Below are positions 61,501-64,000 of a stretch of 64,000 bases of DNA, piece after piece. The translations under genes were made by a program, and so were the position numbers. The notes beneath the pieces were generated by a model that had not been told where the DNA came from, ran no database searches, and saw only the letters and a program-made list of their open reading frames with translations. Within the stretch, counting starts at the first letter, position 1. Every line of letters begins with the position of its first letter. The stretch covers positions 79,298,001-79,362,000 of the forward strand of contig OZ296650.1 of NCBI GenBank assembly GCA_965655095.1. The letters run 5' to 3'. Source of the stretch: Haplodiscus bocki (Eukaryota).

Positions 61501-64000
61501 CATAAAAAGATGCAAATAACAAATTATATTGTGACTCCATTTCTAAACAGGAGCCCACAAACATATTTTACTAATGAAAAATCTCGTTGCACGCCGACAG
61601 AAAAAACTATTGATAACTTGGAGAGCCCAGCCTCAGGTAACTCTGTAAACCATTTCTCGTCAGACAACCAAAAGCAAAGCCAATGAGTGAAGGGTTCTGA
61701 GGTCCAAGCACCTCAAGCTACTGGAATACATCTACTAAGAAGCAGTCTTCAAGAGATAAGTCGAAGAAAAGAAGTGAAATTACTATGTAATGTGTGATCC
61801 CTTATTGAGAACACCACACAAAGATACTTTACGCACAATTAGCCCTCGAAGCAGAGCTCAAGGGACTCTGAGAGCAACACCTTGGAGAAATATATCAGGA
61901 ACGTCGCTTCCAAAAAATTCATTCGCCCCTAAAGGTTTTACGATCAAGACAACAACAAAAACATAACCAACTGAAAGCAGCTGAAATCGGGATCCGAGTT
62001 GCATCGTCTCCCTAAAAGGTAATGATCGAGAACTGCGCAGAGAAAAGTATGCAAATAACCATGTAGGGTAACATTCCATTCTCAAAAAGGAGCCTACAAA
62101 CATGTTTCACACTCTATCATAACTCATGATAAATCTCAACGGACACGCTGAGATAGAAGAAACTATGGACAATTTGGGAAACGCAGCTTCAGGTAACTTT
62201 AAAAATCAATACTCGCAGTGAACCAAAAACAACTCAAACTTTTGCAGCGTTCTGAGGTTCAAGCACCTCAAGTCATTAAGATAATAGCCCCGGCATCTAC
62301 GCAAGAAGCAGTCTTCAAGAGATAGGTCGAAAAAAAGGGAAATTACTATGTAGTAAGTGATCCTTTATTGGGAACACCACACAAAGATACTTTACGCACA
62401 ATTAGCCCTCGAAGCAGAGCTCAAGGGACTCTGAGAGCAACACCTTGGAGAAATATATCAGGAACGTCGCTTCCAAAAAATTCATTCGCCCCTAAAGGTT
62501 TTACGATCAAGACAACAACAAAAACATAACCAACTGAAAGCAGCTGAAATCGGGATCCGAGTTGCATCGTCTCCCTAAAAGGTAATGATCGAGAACTGCG
62601 CAGAGAAAAGTATGCAAATAACCATGTAGGGTAACATTCCATTCTCAAAAAGGAGCCTACAAACATGTTTCACACTCTATCATAACTCATGATAAATCTC
62701 AACGGACACGCTGAGATAGAAGAAACTATGGACAAATTGGGAAACGCAGCTTCAGGTAACTTTAAAAATCAATACTCGCAGTGAACCAAAAACAACTCAA
62801 ACTTTTGCAGCGTTCTGAGGTTCAAGCACCTCAAGTCATTAAGATAATAGCCCCGGCATCTACGCAAGAAGCAGTCTTCAAGAGATAGGTCGAAAAAAAG
62901 GGAAATTACTATGTAGTAAGTGATCCTTTATTGGGAACACCACACAAAGATACTTTACGCTCAATTAGCCCTCGCAGCGAAGCTCGAGGGACTCTGAAAG
63001 CAACACCTTAGAGAAATATATCAGGAACGTCGCTTCCAAAAAACTCATTCGCCCCTAAAGGTTTTACGATCAAGACAACAACAAAAACATAACCAACTGA
63101 AAACAGCTGAAATCAAAATCCGAGTTGCATCGTTTCCCTAAAAGGTAATGATCGAGAACTGCGCAGACAAAAGTATGCAAATAACCATGTATGGTATGAT
63201 TCCATTCTCAAAAAGGAGCCTAAAAACATGTTTCACACTCTATCATAACTCATGATAAATCTCAATGGACGCTGAGATAAAGAAAACTTTGGACAATTTC
63301 GGATACGCAGCTTCAGGTAACTTTGAAAATCAATTCTCGCAGTGAAACCAAAAACAACTCAAACTTATGCAACGTTCTGAGGTCCAAACACCTCAAGTCA
63401 TTGAGATAATAGCCCCGGCATCTACGTAAGAAGCAGTCTTCAAGAGGTAAGTCGAAGAGAAGAATGCGAACCACTATGCACTGTGCGGTCGCTTATCAAA
63501 AAACATCACATAAATGAGTTTCGCACTTAATTAGACCTCGAAGCAGACCTCTAGGTGCCCCGCAAGCAACACCTTTCAGAAACATTTCGGAAACGTCGCT
63601 TTCAAAAAACTGTCAATCCAAGCGGTAATACCAACACAACAACTAGAGCTAAAGCAATTGAAAACACCTGAATTCGGATCAAAGTTCCGTCGTCTCTCGT
63701 GAGCAAAAAACCAAAAAGTAAGCACATAAAAAGATGCAAATAACAAATTATATTGTGACTCCATTTCTAAACAGGAGCCCACAAACATATTTTACTAATG
63801 AAAAATCTCGTTGCACGCCGACAGAAAAAACTATTGATAACTTGGAGAGCACAGCCTCAGGTAACTCTGTAAACCATTTCTCGTCAGACAACCAAAAGCA
63901 AAGCCAATGAATGAAGGGTTCTGAGGTCCAAGCACTACAAGCTACTGGAATACATCTACTAAGAAGCATTCTTCAAGAGATAAGTCGAAGAAAAGAAGTG
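49500..64000 (+). repeat. Satellite family 2: homogeneous 1095/1099-bp higher-order repeat (4 x ~275-bp monomers = 2 x ~550-bp halves), ~13 units, running off the window
   Basis: Identical spurious ORFs recur at 50386, 51481, 52576, 54766, 56960, 59154, 60253, 61352 and 63576. 'gaggtccaagcacctcaa' recurs every ~545 bp. ~275-bp internal homology is seen, e.g. 50812 vs 51088. Confidence 0.97.

Noticed and set aside
49500-64000. Repeated 60-80 aa ORFs (MFVGSCLEM..., MFVGSFLRM..., MTRKQHLSEK...) as a tandem gene family or CRISPR-like array
   Set aside because: They are chance frames in satellite units with alternative start codons and no domain. The whole unit is repeated, with no unique spacers, and the context is eukaryotic.

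Overview
AT-rich, repeat-dominated eukaryotic DNA, probably from an invertebrate animal. The one clear host gene piece is the last coding exon of the nucleoporin SEH1 (minus strand, 41206-41946). The window has four parts. (1) 1-29350 and 38885-40460: a diverged satellite of alternating ~180/~172-bp A/B monomers. A ~1-kb foldback element with ~290-bp inverted arms inserted into it and was co-amplified with satellite DNA (7 full copies plus 1 solo arm) through nested 1.76/1.87-kb, 3.74-kb and 12.08-kb duplications. (2) ~29350-38880: a decayed Polinton/Maverick (adintovirus-like) element missed by the ORF track, with a major capsid protein, an adenain-type protease, unknown ORFs and a protein-primed family B DNA polymerase whose catalytic palm has been deleted in frame. 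(3) 41200-46800: the SEH1 terminal exon plus a possible decayed TIR-domain gene on the opposite strand. (4) 46800-64000: a second, unrelated satellite grading from degenerate ~275-bp monomers into a homogeneous 1095/1099-bp higher-order repeat. It may lie inside a large SEH1 intron. All homology calls come from manual translation and motif recognition, not database searches, and boundaries of degenerate elements are approximate.
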